Of a stretch of DNA of 64,000 bases, positions 47,509-58,369 are shown piece by piece (position 1 is the first letter of the stretch; each line of letters opens with the position of its first letter). The DNA is from an uncultured Bacilli bacterium (lineage in GTDB: Bacteria; Bacillota_I; Bacilli_A; RF39; UBA660). The DNA is taken from assembly GCA_910576925.1 (NCBI GenBank), contig CAJTKB010000005.1:3139-67138 (forward strand), written 5' to 3'. Made by a program: the position numbers and the translations under genes. The notes below the pieces were generated by a model, which was not told the DNA's origin, searched no databases, and saw only the letters and a program-made list of their open reading frames with translations.

Positions 47509-48198
47509 CTATTTTTCTAATAATATAAGGCCTAAATCATAAAATGTTCCATCAGCTCTTTGAGCTAGCATAGTAACTCCTCCAAACTGCATAGCATCAG
47601 CAGTATAGAATTTTACTACTCCTGAAACGTTCGGTATTTTTCCATATGACTTAATATTTTTATTATTTGTCATAGCTTCTAATAAAGGAGTATACTCTAC
47701 TGTACCATCACTCATCAAATATAAAATAGTAACACCACTTATATCCTGTCCATAACCACCAATATAAATATCCTTTATTTCTGTTGAAAAATTATTAATT
47801 GTTAAAGATTCTATATCAGAAGACCAAGCAGAAGAACCAGATAGTGGTCCAAATAAAGACCAATTGATACTTAATTTAACACTTCTTCTATCTTCACTAA
47901 GTTTAATTGACAAACCATCAGCATTATCATAAAAAGCTAATGTATAGGTCTCACCTTTACTATTAATACACTTTTTAGAATCAACAGTTAAATCAAAATT
48001 AGATGAAGATTCATTTTGATTATTACCATTGTTTATCAAATTAGAATCTTGATTATTACCTTTCTGATTTGTTTCAGTTTTACCCGAAAGTAACATATTA
48101 TCTTTTCCAATATAATAAGCCATAGAAATAATAACTAATACTAACACTGCAACTACAACACTTAAAACTACTTCTCTTTTAGAATTATGCTTAGACAT
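47509..48198 (-). CDS. N-terminally anchored hypothetical protein
   Basis: 229 aa with one TM and an N/S-rich linker. Confidence 0.5.
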   Translation of the reverse strand: MSKHNSKREVVLSVVVAVLVLVIISMAYYIGKDNMLLSGKTETNQKGNNQDSNLINNGNNQNESSSNFDLTVDSKKCINSKGETYTLAFYDNADGLSIKLSEDRRSVKLSINWSLFGPLSGSSAWSSDIESLTINNFSTEIKDIYIGGYGQDISGVTILYLMSDGTVEYTPLLEAMTNNKNIKSYGKIPNVSGVVKFYTADAMQFGGVTMLAQRADGTFYDLGLILLEK

Positions 48199-48298
48199 AA
48201 ACTCACCTCCAACTCAAAAATAATTATAGTATTTTGTTAACTGTTTGTCAATTTATTCTCGTGTTTTTCTAAATAAATTAGTAAAATTTTCTGTATAT

Positions 48299-51200
48299 TT
48301 ACTTCTCACTATCAGCTGCCAATTTTTCATAATATTCATATCTACTCTTAGCATTATTTTTATTTTCTTCTAATATCTCCTTAAATGATTTATTTATACT
48401 TTTTAAAGTACGATAGCGATCTTCTCCACCAATAAAATCAGAATACTTAGAAAAATCAGCTTTTGAGTCAAGTGAAAACTTAGCAGTTTCAGGATTATAA
48501 TGAAATATTGGGAAATATCCAGATAAGGTTGCATTCTTCTCTTCTTCCATAGTAGTTCCCATTCCTTTAATAATACCCTGAGCAATACAAGGTGCATAAG
48601 CAATTATAATTGATGGACCATTATATTTTTCAGCTTCTTTAAAGACCTTAATAGTTTGATTAGGATTAGCTCCCATTGATGTAGTTGCAACATACACATG
48701 TGGATAAGTTAAAGCAATACGCGCTAGATCCTTTTTACTAGTTTTCTTACCTTTTGACGCAAACTTTGCAATAGCACCTCTTCTAGTAGATTTTGATGAT
48801 TGTCCTCCAGTATTTGAATAAACCTCAGTATCAAGTACTAATATATTAACATTCTCATGACTAGACAAAACGTGATCTATTCCATTATAACCAATATCAT
48901 AAGCCCAGCCATCTCCACCAACCATCCAAATAGATCTAGGCTTTATGAAATTCTTTAACTCTTTTAATTCCTCTATCTTAGTTTTATCTATTATTTCATA
49001 CAAATTAGAAGCAGTCTCCTCATTTATTTCATCAACATAAGCTTTGTATATTTTCTCTTCGCTCTTCTTAACTTCCTTAATATTTTCTTTGATTATATTA
49101 ACAATTCTATTTTTTATTGCAATATCAGCTATTCTCATACCATAACCAAACTCAGCATTATCTTCAAATAAAGAATTAGCCCAGCAAACACTATATGGCA
49201 TCGAAGGATTACTAGCACCATAAATTGAAGAACAACCAGTAGCATTAGCAATAACTAAATTATCTCCAAATAATTGTGTTAAAAGTTTTAAATATGGCGT
49301 TTCTCCACAACCAGCACATGCTCCACTAAACTCGAATTTAGGCTTAACAAACTGACTTCCTTTAACTGTTGTAGTTGGAAGAGGAGTCTTTTCTACCACT
49401 TCATTAAATAGATAATCAGCCTCACGTGTAACAGAATCATAAACAGTATGTTTCTCTACCATTTCTAAAGCCTTTTCTCCTTTTTTTCCAGGACAAACAT
49501 TACTACATATAGAACATCCTGTACAATCATTTACACTAACTCCTATTGTAAACTTTAAATTTTCATCTTTAATATTAGAATCTAGTAATTTATCCTTTAA
49601 AGTATCAGGCGCATCTAATACTTCATTCTCATTAAGTAAAAATGGTCTTATAACAGCATGTGGACACATCAAACTACAAAGACCACATTGTATACAATTT
49701 TCACTTTTATAATTTGGACAAATATCAGAAATATTTCTTTTTTCAAATTTTGATGTTCCTGCTACAGTAGTACCATCTTCTTCATCCAAGAATTTGCTAA
49801 CAGGAAGACTATTACCTTCCATTTTACTAATAGTTTCAAATATAGTTTGAGTCTTTGGCATCTCTGGAATAAAATTAACATCTGGTATCTTTACATTAAT
49901 AAGATTTTGGGTTGATCTATCAATACTTCTAATATTTTTAGTAGCAATATCTCCTCCTTTATCTTTAAAACGCTCTCTAATATTTTCTTTAATCTTTCCG
50001 ACAGCAAAATCATAATCAATAAGTCGACCTAATTTAAATATTAAACATTCTATTATTGAACTAATCTTCCCACCAAGATTATTTTCACGAGCAATTTTAG
50101 AAGCATCTATTATATAAAATTTAATATTTCTCCTTTTTAAAATATTTTTATCATAATTACTCATAGACTTTAAAATTTCATCTTTATCTTTCGAAGTATT
50201 AAGTAAAAATATTCCATTATTTGAAATCCTATCAAGCATTTTAAGGTGTCCCAAATAACTTTCTTTAGTACAAACTATCATATTTGCTTTTTCAATATAA
50301 TAAGTTGATCTAATTGGACTTTTTCCAAATCTTAAGTGAGAAATAGTAACTCCACCACTCTTTTTAGAATCATATTGAAAATATCCTTGTACATAAGCCT
50401 TAGAATAAGTACCTGTAATCTTCATTAAATCTTTTGATGCACTAACCATTCCATCAGAACCATAACCATATATTAAAAATGAAGTATTATTAGTAGGCAA
50501 AACAAACTTTTTATTATAATTAATACTAAGTTTTGTTATATCATCATCAATTCCTAAAGTAAAGTTATGATGTGCTTCTTTACTATCTAAAAAATCAAAT
50601 AAACCTTTAATCATAGCAGGAGTAGTATTTTTTCCAGATAATCCAAAACGCCCCCCATATATTTTTACTTTTTCACTATATTCTTTAACTACATTACAAA
50701 CATCTAAATATAAAGGTTCTCCTGTTGCACCTACTTCCTTTGTTCTATCAAGAACAGCAATTTTCTTAACAGTCTTAGGTAATGCTTTTAAAAAATATTT
50801 TGTAGAAAATGGTCTATATAAATGTACTTCAATTAAACCAACATTTTCACCATTATCCACCATATAAGAAACCGTCTCTTTTATAGTTTCACAAACAGAA
50901 CCCATTGCAACAATAATCTTAGTAGCACTACTTGATCCATAATAATTAAAAGGTTGATAACTTTTTCCTGTAATCTTATTTAGCTCTATCATATAATTAT
51001 TTACAATATCAGGTAACTGATCATAATATTTATTTCTAGCCTCTGTCACTTGAAAATAAACATCTTCATTTTGTGAAGTTCCTCTTATTACAGGTTCTTC
51101 TATATTAAAAGCTCTATTTCTAAATTCTTTAAGAGATTCATTATCAATCAATTTTTTTATATCTTCCATATCAAGAACATCTATTTTCTGAAGTTCGTGA

Positions 51201-51721
51201 CTAGTTCTAAAGCCATCATTAAAATTAACAAAAGGAACACGCCCCCTTATTGTTGATAAATAACTAACAGCAGTTAAATCCATAGAATCTTGTACTGAAG
51301 AACTAGCAAGTATTGCAAAACCAGTTTGTCTAACAGCATAAATATCTTGATGATCTCCAAATATTGATAAAGCATGTGTCGCTATACTTCTAGCTGCTAC
51401 ATTTATTACACAAGGAAGTAATTCTCCAGCAATTTTATACATATTAGGTATCATTAAAAGTAAACCTTGACTTGCTGTATAAGTCGAAGTAAGACATCCT
51501 GATAAAAGCGAACCATGTACCATTCCACTAGCACCCGCTTCACTCTCCATTTCAACTACTTTTACAGGTGTACCAAAAAAATTAAGTCTACCATCATTTG
51601 ACCATTTATCAGTTAATTCAGCTATAGGAGAAGCTGGTGTAATAGGATAAATTCCTGCAACCTCTGTAAAATTATATGAAACATGAGCAACAGCTTCATT
51701 TCCATCCATTATTCTTTTCAT
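48299..51721 (-). CDS. nifJ: Pyruvate:ferredoxin (flavodoxin) oxidoreductase
   Basis: 1140 aa. MDGNEAVAHVSY...IYPITPASP...SEAGASGMVHG...LLLMIPNMYKIAGELLP. Two 4Fe-4S Cys clusters (CIQCGLCSLMCP, CTGCSICSNVCP) and the TPP domain GGDGWAYDIG. Confidence 0.9.
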   Translation of the reverse strand: MKRIMDGNEAVAHVSYNFTEVAGIYPITPASPIAELTDKWSNDGRLNFFGTPVKVVEMESEAGASGMVHGSLLSGCLTSTYTASQGLLLMIPNMYKIAGELLPCVINVAARSIATHALSIFGDHQDIYAVRQTGFAILASSSVQDSMDLTAVSYLSTIRGRVPFVNFNDGFRTSHELQKIDVLDMEDIKKLIDNESLKEFRNRAFNIEEPVIRGTSQNEDVYFQVTEARNKYYDQLPDIVNNYMIELNKITGKSYQPFNYYGSSSATKIIVAMGSVCETIKETVSYMVDNGENVGLIEVHLYRPFSTKYFLKALPKTVKKIAVLDRTKEVGATGEPLYLDVCNVVKEYSEKVKIYGGRFGLSGKNTTPAMIKGLFDFLDSKEAHHNFTLGIDDDITKLSINYNKKFVLPTNNTSFLIYGYGSDGMVSASKDLMKITGTYSKAYVQGYFQYDSKKSGGVTISHLRFGKSPIRSTYYIEKANMIVCTKESYLGHLKMLDRISNNGIFLLNTSKDKDEILKSMSNYDKNILKRRNIKFYIIDASKIARENNLGGKISSIIECLIFKLGRLIDYDFAVGKIKENIRERFKDKGGDIATKNIRSIDRSTQNLINVKIPDVNFIPEMPKTQTIFETISKMEGNSLPVSKFLDEEDGTTVAGTSKFEKRNISDICPNYKSENCIQCGLCSLMCPHAVIRPFLLNENEVLDAPDTLKDKLLDSNIKDENLKFTIGVSVNDCTGCSICSNVCPGKKGEKALEMVEKHTVYDSVTREADYLFNEVVEKTPLPTTTVKGSQFVKPKFEFSGACAGCGETPYLKLLTQLFGDNLVIANATGCSSIYGASNPSMPYSVCWANSLFEDNAEFGYGMRIADIAIKNRIVNIIKENIKEVKKSEEKIYKAYVDEINEETASNLYEIIDKTKIEELKELKNFIKPRSIWMVGGDGWAYDIGYNGIDHVLSSHENVNILVLDTEVYSNTGGQSSKSTRRGAIAKFASKGKKTSKKDLARIALTYPHVYVATTSMGANPNQTIKVFKEAEKYNGPSIIIAYAPCIAQGIIKGMGTTMEEEKNATLSGYFPIFHYNPETAKFSLDSKADFSKYSDFIGGEDRYRTLKSINKSFKEILEENKNNAKSRYEYYEKLAADSEK

Positions 51722-51778
51722 GAGATACCTCCCTAATCTTATAATAATTATATACTAATTTTAAATTAAATTAAATAC

Positions 51779-52987
51779 TTATTCCAATATATATGGATTT
51801 TTTAAAGTTCCAGTTCCTGAAGTAATTTCACTCTTATCAATACATACCACTGGCAAAACCTTCTTAATTATATTTGCACCTTCACTAATAATAGTACCAA
51901 ACTTATCATACGTAAAAGTTATATTAGAATCATCCTTACTAGAATTAATTAAATAATAATCACTCAAATAATTACTAATATTTAAATCAAATATATTCAT
52001 AAGTCCCACTTTTACACTTATCTTAGAATTATATATATTTAAATAATTATAATTATCTAATATATTCCCTGTATAGAATACACATTCTTTTAAATATTTT
52101 TTATACGATAAACTATTATAATAATTGTTATTTAAATAATAAGCAATATTATTTTTATTAAGTGGATTAAATAAGGATGAAGAATATGAAAAAAGCATTT
52201 TCTTATCAAGTACTTTATTACTTCTTAGTTTTAATATACCTTCACTATCTGAAACTACTTGATACATATCTTGTCCTAACATCACATATTTATTTATATA
52301 ATTATCATGTGTTTCAATAACATATGGATTATTATAAGTTCCACTACCTTTTTTTACAACTAAATCAATTTTTAGATTCATAACTACTCGAATACCACTA
52401 GAAGTATTAAAGTTAACACTTTCTTCTATTTTACCATCATCAGTTTTAATAATTATTTGATCACCATTATTAAGAAAAGAAGATTCTCCATTATCAAGAA
52501 AACTACCCTTATTTTTAGAATTATTATAACTATCTATATCTAATATCGTAAAATAATTATTATCATCAATCTTTTCTAAATACTTTTCTTTATTACTAAT
52601 ACTATCATAATATATTCCAGTATGAATATCTTCATTCTTATTTAACCATAAATCTATGTTATTATCCCCTAAATAAAAAACAGCTTCATTCTTATTTGAT
52701 ATAATTTTTACATTATCGTTTGTAAAAGATACTATCCTATATATCCTATTAAATATTTGAATATAATTATTTACATTCTCCCCTTTAAAATAATATTTAT
52801 CATTATTCTTATATAAACCATCTTTATCTTTAGTTATTTTATTATAATATAAAATTCTTTTATAAAGTTCATCATCATAATTATCAGCTTTTGCCTCTAA
52901 GGTAATACCCTGATATATTAAAAATCCTGATAAAATAACCAGTACTATAACTAGTACATATCTTCTCATATTATCACCTAAACACAA
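51779..52987 (-). CDS. Membrane-anchored extracellular protein, member C of the repeated-domain family (two tandem copies)
   Basis: N-terminal TM. VNNYIQIFNRIYRIVSF...GSGTYNNPYVIE and NKYVMLGQDMYQVVSD...TSGTGTLKNPYILE at the C-terminus. Confidence 0.7.
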   Translation of the reverse strand: MCLGDNMRRYVLVIVLVILSGFLIYQGITLEAKADNYDDELYKRILYYNKITKDKDGLYKNNDKYYFKGENVNNYIQIFNRIYRIVSFTNDNVKIISNKNEAVFYLGDNNIDLWLNKNEDIHTGIYYDSISNKEKYLEKIDDNNYFTILDIDSYNNSKNKGSFLDNGESSFLNNGDQIIIKTDDGKIEESVNFNTSSGIRVVMNLKIDLVVKKGSGTYNNPYVIETHDNYINKYVMLGQDMYQVVSDSEGILKLRSNKVLDKKMLFSYSSSLFNPLNKNNIAYYLNNNYYNSLSYKKYLKECVFYTGNILDNYNYLNIYNSKISVKVGLMNIFDLNISNYLSDYYLINSSKDDSNITFTYDKFGTIISEGANIIKKVLPVVCIDKSEITSGTGTLKNPYILE

Positions 52988-52995
52988 TTATATAA

Positions 52996-53027
52996 TGAAA
53001 AAAGTATCTTTACTAAAATAAAGATAC
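52996..53027 (-). terminator. Rho-independent terminator downstream of greA
   Basis: 9-bp stem GTATCTTTA/TAAAGATAC with a 6-nt loop, followed on the minus strand by TTTTTTCA. Confidence 0.6.
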
Positions 53028-53055
53028 CCTATATTTTGACATATTTATACAAAAA

Positions 53056-53526
53056 CTAATTAATCTCGATAATTTCTACTTCATAGGAACCATTAGGGGA
53101 AGCTACTGTAACTATTTCACCAACTTTATGATCAAGTAATGCTTGTGCAATAGGTGATTCATTAGAAATTTTACTCTCAAATGGATCAGCTTCTTGACTT
53201 CCTACTATTTTATATTCATCAACTTCATCATCATCTACGTATTTAATAGATACTGTACTACCTAGTCCTACAACATCTTTTGGTATATCAGTTATTATTG
53301 ATACATTCTCAAGCATTTTCTCAATTGTTTGTATTCTAGCTTCAATTTGAGCTTGTTCATCTTTTGCAGCATCATAATCAGCATTTTCTGATAAATCTCC
53401 CAAACTTCTAGCTTCTTTTATAGAAATAATATTTTCTGGTCTTTTTACATTTATTAAATTGTCAAGCTCTGCTTTTAATGAGTCTAATCCTTCTTGTGTT
53501 AAATAAACAGTATTCTTGTTTTTCAT
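53056..53526 (-). CDS. greA: Transcription elongation factor GreA
   Basis: LTQEGLDSLKAELDNL and GDLSENADYDAAKDEQ. 156 aa. Confidence 0.9.
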   Translation of the reverse strand: MKNKNTVYLTQEGLDSLKAELDNLINVKRPENIISIKEARSLGDLSENADYDAAKDEQAQIEARIQTIEKMLENVSIITDIPKDVVGLGSTVSIKYVDDDEVDEYKIVGSQEADPFESKISNESPIAQALLDHKVGEIVTVASPNGSYEVEIIEIN

Positions 53527-53611
53527 CTTTCTTTCACCTCTAATTTTTTCACATAATTATGTGTATTCCATAACATTGCTTAATTATACTACAAATTAAC
53601 AAAAAAATCAA

Positions 53612-54720
53612 TTATTTAGAAGTACTTTTTAATACTTTTTGAAAAATCTCAGTCTCCCTTTTATGTTCATCAGCAAGAAAAAGCATCCTTTCTCTATAAT
53701 ACCCTATTAAATCCATTGCTTCATAAAAACATTTATTATAATCATTTAATGTAGCTTCCACAACTCCCTTAGCACCATTATTAGATATTTCATATATCTC
53801 GTTTCTTTGATAAGTACTATGCCTATTTTCTATAATTTTATTTCTATACATATAACTAAGAATATAATTAGCTAACATACTATGACCAGTTGATGAAATA
53901 TGAAAATTATTTTTACTCTTAATGAATTCTTTTCCTATTTCATCAGTATTAATAAAAGTAATACCATATTGGTTACATAAATCTTGTAAATTTTCATTAT
54001 AAGAAATAGCTAAATCTCTAAATATATTCATTTCATTTTTTTGTAAAGATTTAGGAACATAAGCACCTAAAGTATATATATCTGTTTTATCATTAATACT
54101 TAATATAGAATTATAATTTTTCTCAATAGATTCCATAACATTTTCTAAAGTTTTAGGATCACTAGTTTTTTCTAAGGTATAATAATAATTAGGCTTTATT
54201 TCACGATACTTGTAATCTTTTTTTATTCCAAATGGGTTAGCTCCAATTTCTCTCATTAAATCATTTACACCACTAGAACAAATCACTACAGGTTCCTTTG
54301 AATATTTCAATAAAGATGATATTCTTATATTTTTATCTCTTTCATTAATATTATAAATTAATCTATAAATGTTGCCAATTTTTCCAAAAAACTTAGGAAA
54401 TCCAAGATCAGTCATTACTTTAGAAAAAGCACTAATAGCACTATAAATTTGTGATAATTTTATTTCTTCTACACTTAAATTATTTTTTTTAAAGTAATCT
54501 ATATGTTCCGTTTTATTGATAGTAAGTGAAAAAGCATTAATAACTTCTGGTAGTAATTCATCATCAGTTAAAGCTAAAGACAAATACTCTAATAAACTCT
54601 TTTTAAAAAATGTTATAGTAACATTAACACCCTGTGAATCATTTAATCCAATTATAACTAATCCATTTTTTTATAGTACTCTATCAAGCTTTTTATTTTC
54701 TCATAATCTATAACCTGCAT
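53612..54720 (-). pseudogene. SGNH/GDSL-type hydrolase gene interrupted by a +1 frameshift in an A7 homopolymer tract
   Basis: A strong GGAGGAG RBS plus the ATG at 54720 open a 19-codon frame (MQVIDYEKIKSLIEYYKKMD*) that ends inside AAAAAAA at 54666..54672. With eight A residues it reads on as ...YYKKNGLVIIGLNDSQGVN... (block I-like NDS) into the 323-aa ORF (SSGVNDL block III, TGHS block V), which the ORF track starts at a TTG at 54583. Confidence 0.55.
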
Positions 54721-54792
54721 TATTTTTCTCCTCCAAAAAATATAACTCATCATAATACATAAATAGTATTTTTATAAAGTTATATTAAAATT

Positions 54793-55926
54793 CTAATTAT
54801 TTAACTCTAATTTTTTCACTTCACTATTTAAGAATTCATCTGTCATACCAGAAATAAAATCTATAACCATTCTCTTATTACTGGTATTACTAGTATAGTC
54901 TAATACTTTATTATCTAAAAATAACTTATAAATAATACTTTCCTTATTACATATCTCTATATCACTCAAATATTTTTTATAAAGTTTATTTATTCCAACT
55001 CTATAATATTCTTTTTCTTCATTACTCATTGCAACATTATAAAGCTTTTGATAGTTAAACTTTTTTAAATCATAAATAGCATTATAAACTTCATCACTCA
55101 TTTTTATATAAGGTTTATCAAGGCTATTTTTTATTATATCCAATGTAATATTATTAATTATATCTCTATTATTATTACCAAGTATTTTAACTATATTTAA
55201 AGGTAAATCTTCTCTACTTAATAAACCTAATTCTATAGAGTCTTCTATATCACGTCCTAAGTACGCAATAATATCAGATATTCTTACAACACATCCTTCT
55301 AATGTCATAGGAGCATAGGACTTAGACTTTTTTATATCAGAGTAGCTTTCTCTATATTCTCTTAAAACTTCTTCACAAGTTTTTTTCATAGGTTTATAAA
55401 CAGAGCTAACCATTTCACCATTATGACACATAATACCATCAAGTGTTTCAACACACAAATTAAGTCCACGTCCATTATTATCTATATAAAGATAATGTCT
55501 AACACTTTGAATATTGTGCGAAAAATATTCTCCTATTTCCCTAAGTGATATTTCATTTAAAACACTTTCTCCAAAATGTCCCAGAGGAGTATGTCCAATA
55601 TCATGCCCTAAAGAAATTGCTTCTATAAGATCTGTATTAAGCCGTAATGCTCTTCCTATTGTTCTTGCAATTTTACTAACAAATTGCACATGAATTATTC
55701 TCTTTGATATATGATCATTATTTTTAAATGAATAAACTTGTGTTTTATCCATATATCTAGTATATGAAAGAGAATGTATTATTCTATCTGTATCTCTTGC
55801 AAATGGTGTTCTAATATCAATATTTTCTTCCCTTAATCTATGATATTCAAGAGACTTTCTTGCATATTTACTTAAATTATTATCTATTAATAAAAAATTA
55901 TCTTTAGCTATATCTAACTCTTTCAT
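54793..55926 (-). CDS. dGTP triphosphohydrolase-like HD-domain phosphohydrolase
   Basis: HVQFVSKIARTIG and LGHDIGHTPLGHFGE (HD motif). 377 aa. Confidence 0.75.
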   Translation of the reverse strand: MKELDIAKDNFLLIDNNLSKYARKSLEYHRLREENIDIRTPFARDTDRIIHSLSYTRYMDKTQVYSFKNNDHISKRIIHVQFVSKIARTIGRALRLNTDLIEAISLGHDIGHTPLGHFGESVLNEISLREIGEYFSHNIQSVRHYLYIDNNGRGLNLCVETLDGIMCHNGEMVSSVYKPMKKTCEEVLREYRESYSDIKKSKSYAPMTLEGCVVRISDIIAYLGRDIEDSIELGLLSREDLPLNIVKILGNNNRDIINNITLDIIKNSLDKPYIKMSDEVYNAIYDLKKFNYQKLYNVAMSNEEKEYYRVGINKLYKKYLSDIEICNKESIIYKLFLDNKVLDYTSNTSNKRMVIDFISGMTDEFLNSEVKKLELNN

Positions 55927-55941
55927 ACTACACCTCTAATA

Positions 55942-56340
55942 CTATTTTCTTTTACTAAATTTTTTCACAAAATTAAACTTTTTGCATATATCTAATTCAT
56001 TTTTCATACAAAATGTATCACTATCATAATTATCAATATATGCATCCATTTCTTTCTGACTAACTACATTTTCATCATTCAAATCAGCTCCATTTATATA
56101 CAAATCTCTTCCAAATAAATCCTGCTTATATATATCAGGAACTACTTCATCACTGTCTAAAGCTATATCGATACTAAAACCAGTTAATAACTCTCTTACT
56201 TTAAGTCTCCCTTTTACAACAATTATTTCACCAATACATTTACTATCAGAAGTAGGATTAAATTTATAATCAACATGCTCTTTTTCAAAAACTTTAACTT
56301 TATAATACTTCTTCAAAAATATCACCTCCAAATAAAACAA
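55942..56340 (-). CDS. Hypothetical protein
   Basis: 132-aa ORF. Confidence 0.45.
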   Translation of the reverse strand: MFYLEVIFLKKYYKVKVFEKEHVDYKFNPTSDSKCIGEIIVVKGRLKVRELLTGFSIDIALDSDEVVPDIYKQDLFGRDLYINGADLNDENVVSQKEMDAYIDNYDSDTFCMKNELDICKKFNFVKKFSKRK

Positions 56341-56351
56341 ACACTATTCTA

Positions 56352-57527
56352 TTATACTTTTCTTATCATAGAATATTCATATATTTCTATATTTGTGTCT
56401 AAATAAATAAAATATATACTATCAGGATGCCTTGCTCTTTCTTTAGAATTCATCTCTTCATCATATAACTTTGTAATTGTAAATGATATAACATCACCTT
56501 TTGGTGTAAATAACTCTACCTCATCCCCTACAGAAAAGTGATTTCTTTCATATATTTTAATAAGACTATTTTCTTTATCATAAAAAATAACTTGACCTAA
56601 ATAGTCTTGATTTGATAACTCCTGTCTACCAGTATAATATTGATCTCTATGATCAGCTTTTTTATTAAAAAATTGAGTTGTAGTCTCTCTATTAGCAACA
56701 CGTGATAATACAAATTTTTCTCTATTCATTATATCACTATTTAAGACTTTCTCATAATATGCATCAATTATTTTTCTATAGGAAGAAACAACTGTCGCTA
56801 AATAATAAATTGACCTCATTCTTCCTTCTATTTTTAAACTCTTTACTCCCATTTCTATTATTTCTGGTATACATTCTGCCATATTTAAGTCTTTACTTGC
56901 CATCGTAAAATCATCATTACTTGTCTTAAAATTAAAGCGACATACTTGACTACAACCACCACGATTAGCATCTCTATTAGTAACATAGTTTGAAAGAGCA
57001 CATCTACCACTAAAACAAGTACACATAGCCCCATGAATAAATATTTCAATATCCATTCCAGTTTTATCAATTATCTCTTTTATTTCATCTTTAGAAAGTT
57101 CTCTAGCAAGAACAATTCTATCTACTCCCTCATTTTTAAAATAAGTAGCAGTCTTATAATTAGTTGTAGAATTCTGAGTAGATAAATGGACTTCTACATT
57201 TTTATAATTATTTTTAATATAACTAATTATAAAAGGATCACTTACAATAAATGCATCTACTCCTGCCTCTACTACTAGATCAATATAAGAATAAACTTCT
57301 TCCATATCACTATTATGAAAGACAATATTCAAAGTAAAAAATACTTTTTTTCCTAATTTATGTGCAAAAGTACAACCTTCCTTTAACTCATCTATTGTAA
57401 AATTTACCGCATTCGCTCTAAGCCCATATTTCTCTCCACCTAAATATACAGCATCTGCTCCATATAAAAGAGTAACTTTAAGTCTTTCCAAATCTCCTGC
57501 TGGTGCAAGTAATTCTATTTTATCCAT
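56352..57527 (-). CDS. Peptidase U32 family protein (YrrO-like)
   Basis: MDKIELLAPAGDLERLKVTLLYGADAVYLGG, the U32 N-terminal signature. Contains a Cys cluster. Confidence 0.8.
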   Translation of the reverse strand: MDKIELLAPAGDLERLKVTLLYGADAVYLGGEKYGLRANAVNFTIDELKEGCTFAHKLGKKVFFTLNIVFHNSDMEEVYSYIDLVVEAGVDAFIVSDPFIISYIKNNYKNVEVHLSTQNSTTNYKTATYFKNEGVDRIVLARELSKDEIKEIIDKTGMDIEIFIHGAMCTCFSGRCALSNYVTNRDANRGGCSQVCRFNFKTSNDDFTMASKDLNMAECIPEIIEMGVKSLKIEGRMRSIYYLATVVSSYRKIIDAYYEKVLNSDIMNREKFVLSRVANRETTTQFFNKKADHRDQYYTGRQELSNQDYLGQVIFYDKENSLIKIYERNHFSVGDEVELFTPKGDVISFTITKLYDEEMNSKERARHPDSIYFIYLDTNIEIYEYSMIRKV

Positions 57528-58368
57528 TTTTCTTCACCTTATATATTGTTTGTTTATTTAAAAAACCGGTATTATTTCCGATTAATTCTTCTATTCTTTC
57601 TATATTTTTATTGTCTTTTATAATATCTAGTACTTCTAAAAATACTTTATGTTCTATTTTTTCTTCATTAAGTATTACATATGGAAAATCTACCTTTCTA
57701 AGTATATTTAAAGCTTCACTATTATTTAGAACTTTACCATACTTAAAAGTAGTACCAAATAAACTTTCTTCTATAATATATTTATCTTTTGTAACAAATT
57801 CTTCAACAACTAGATTATTACTAACTTCTAAATTATGCATCTTATTATAATTTGTTATCAAATTTCTATAACTATTAGCAACTACAGGATAGCCTATTAA
57901 ATTAAACATAGGAGTAATCATAGACTTTTCTTTTATTTCAAGTACTTCATCCAAGGTTATTTCATTAGCCAAAAGAGCATACTTAACACCTTTTTCAAAA
58001 TAGTAATTACACGTATTATAATTAGTTACCATATGAGTAGCATTCCATACTAAATCAGTTTTTAAGTCAAGCTCTTTTCTTAATTGTAATACTGCTAAAT
58101 CATAAAAGAAAATACCAGTTAAATTTAATTTTTCTAATTCTTTTAAAACATCACTTAATGAGTCTATATCACTATTAAAAAACATTCTATTTAATACAAC
58201 AAATATCTCTCCATTATACTTTTCTCTAATACTTTTAATATCTTCAATACTAAAATATGTATCATAGTCTACTGAATATTTATCAAGTGGCAAAATAAGA
58301 CCATCTATATCTAAATAATCATCTATATCTAAACTTGGTTTTACTAAAATTTTCATACTAAAATTCAC
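57520..58368 (-). CDS. Peptidase U32 family protein (YrrN-like, second subunit)
   Basis: 282 aa with an overlapping start. Paired U32 genes as in the Bacillus yrrN-yrrO arrangement. Confidence 0.6.
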   Translation of the reverse strand: MNFSMKILVKPSLDIDDYLDIDGLILPLDKYSVDYDTYFSIEDIKSIREKYNGEIFVVLNRMFFNSDIDSLSDVLKELEKLNLTGIFFYDLAVLQLRKELDLKTDLVWNATHMVTNYNTCNYYFEKGVKYALLANEITLDEVLEIKEKSMITPMFNLIGYPVVANSYRNLITNYNKMHNLEVSNNLVVEEFVTKDKYIIEESLFGTTFKYGKVLNNSEALNILRKVDFPYVILNEEKIEHKVFLEVLDIIKDNKNIERIEELIGNNTGFLNKQTIYKVKKNG

Positions 58369-58369
58369 C

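Noticed and set aside
48403-48603. 66-aa minus-strand ORF
   Set aside because: Alternate frame inside the PFOR gene.
54516-54713. 65-aa plus-strand ORF
   Set aside because: Antisense across the frameshift region of the SGNH hydrolase gene.
56702-57070. 68-aa and 61-aa ORFs
   Set aside because: Nested in or antisense to the U32 peptidase gene.
57503-57850. 115-aa plus-strand ORF
   Set aside because: Antisense to the second U32 gene. Leu/Ser/Phe low complexity.
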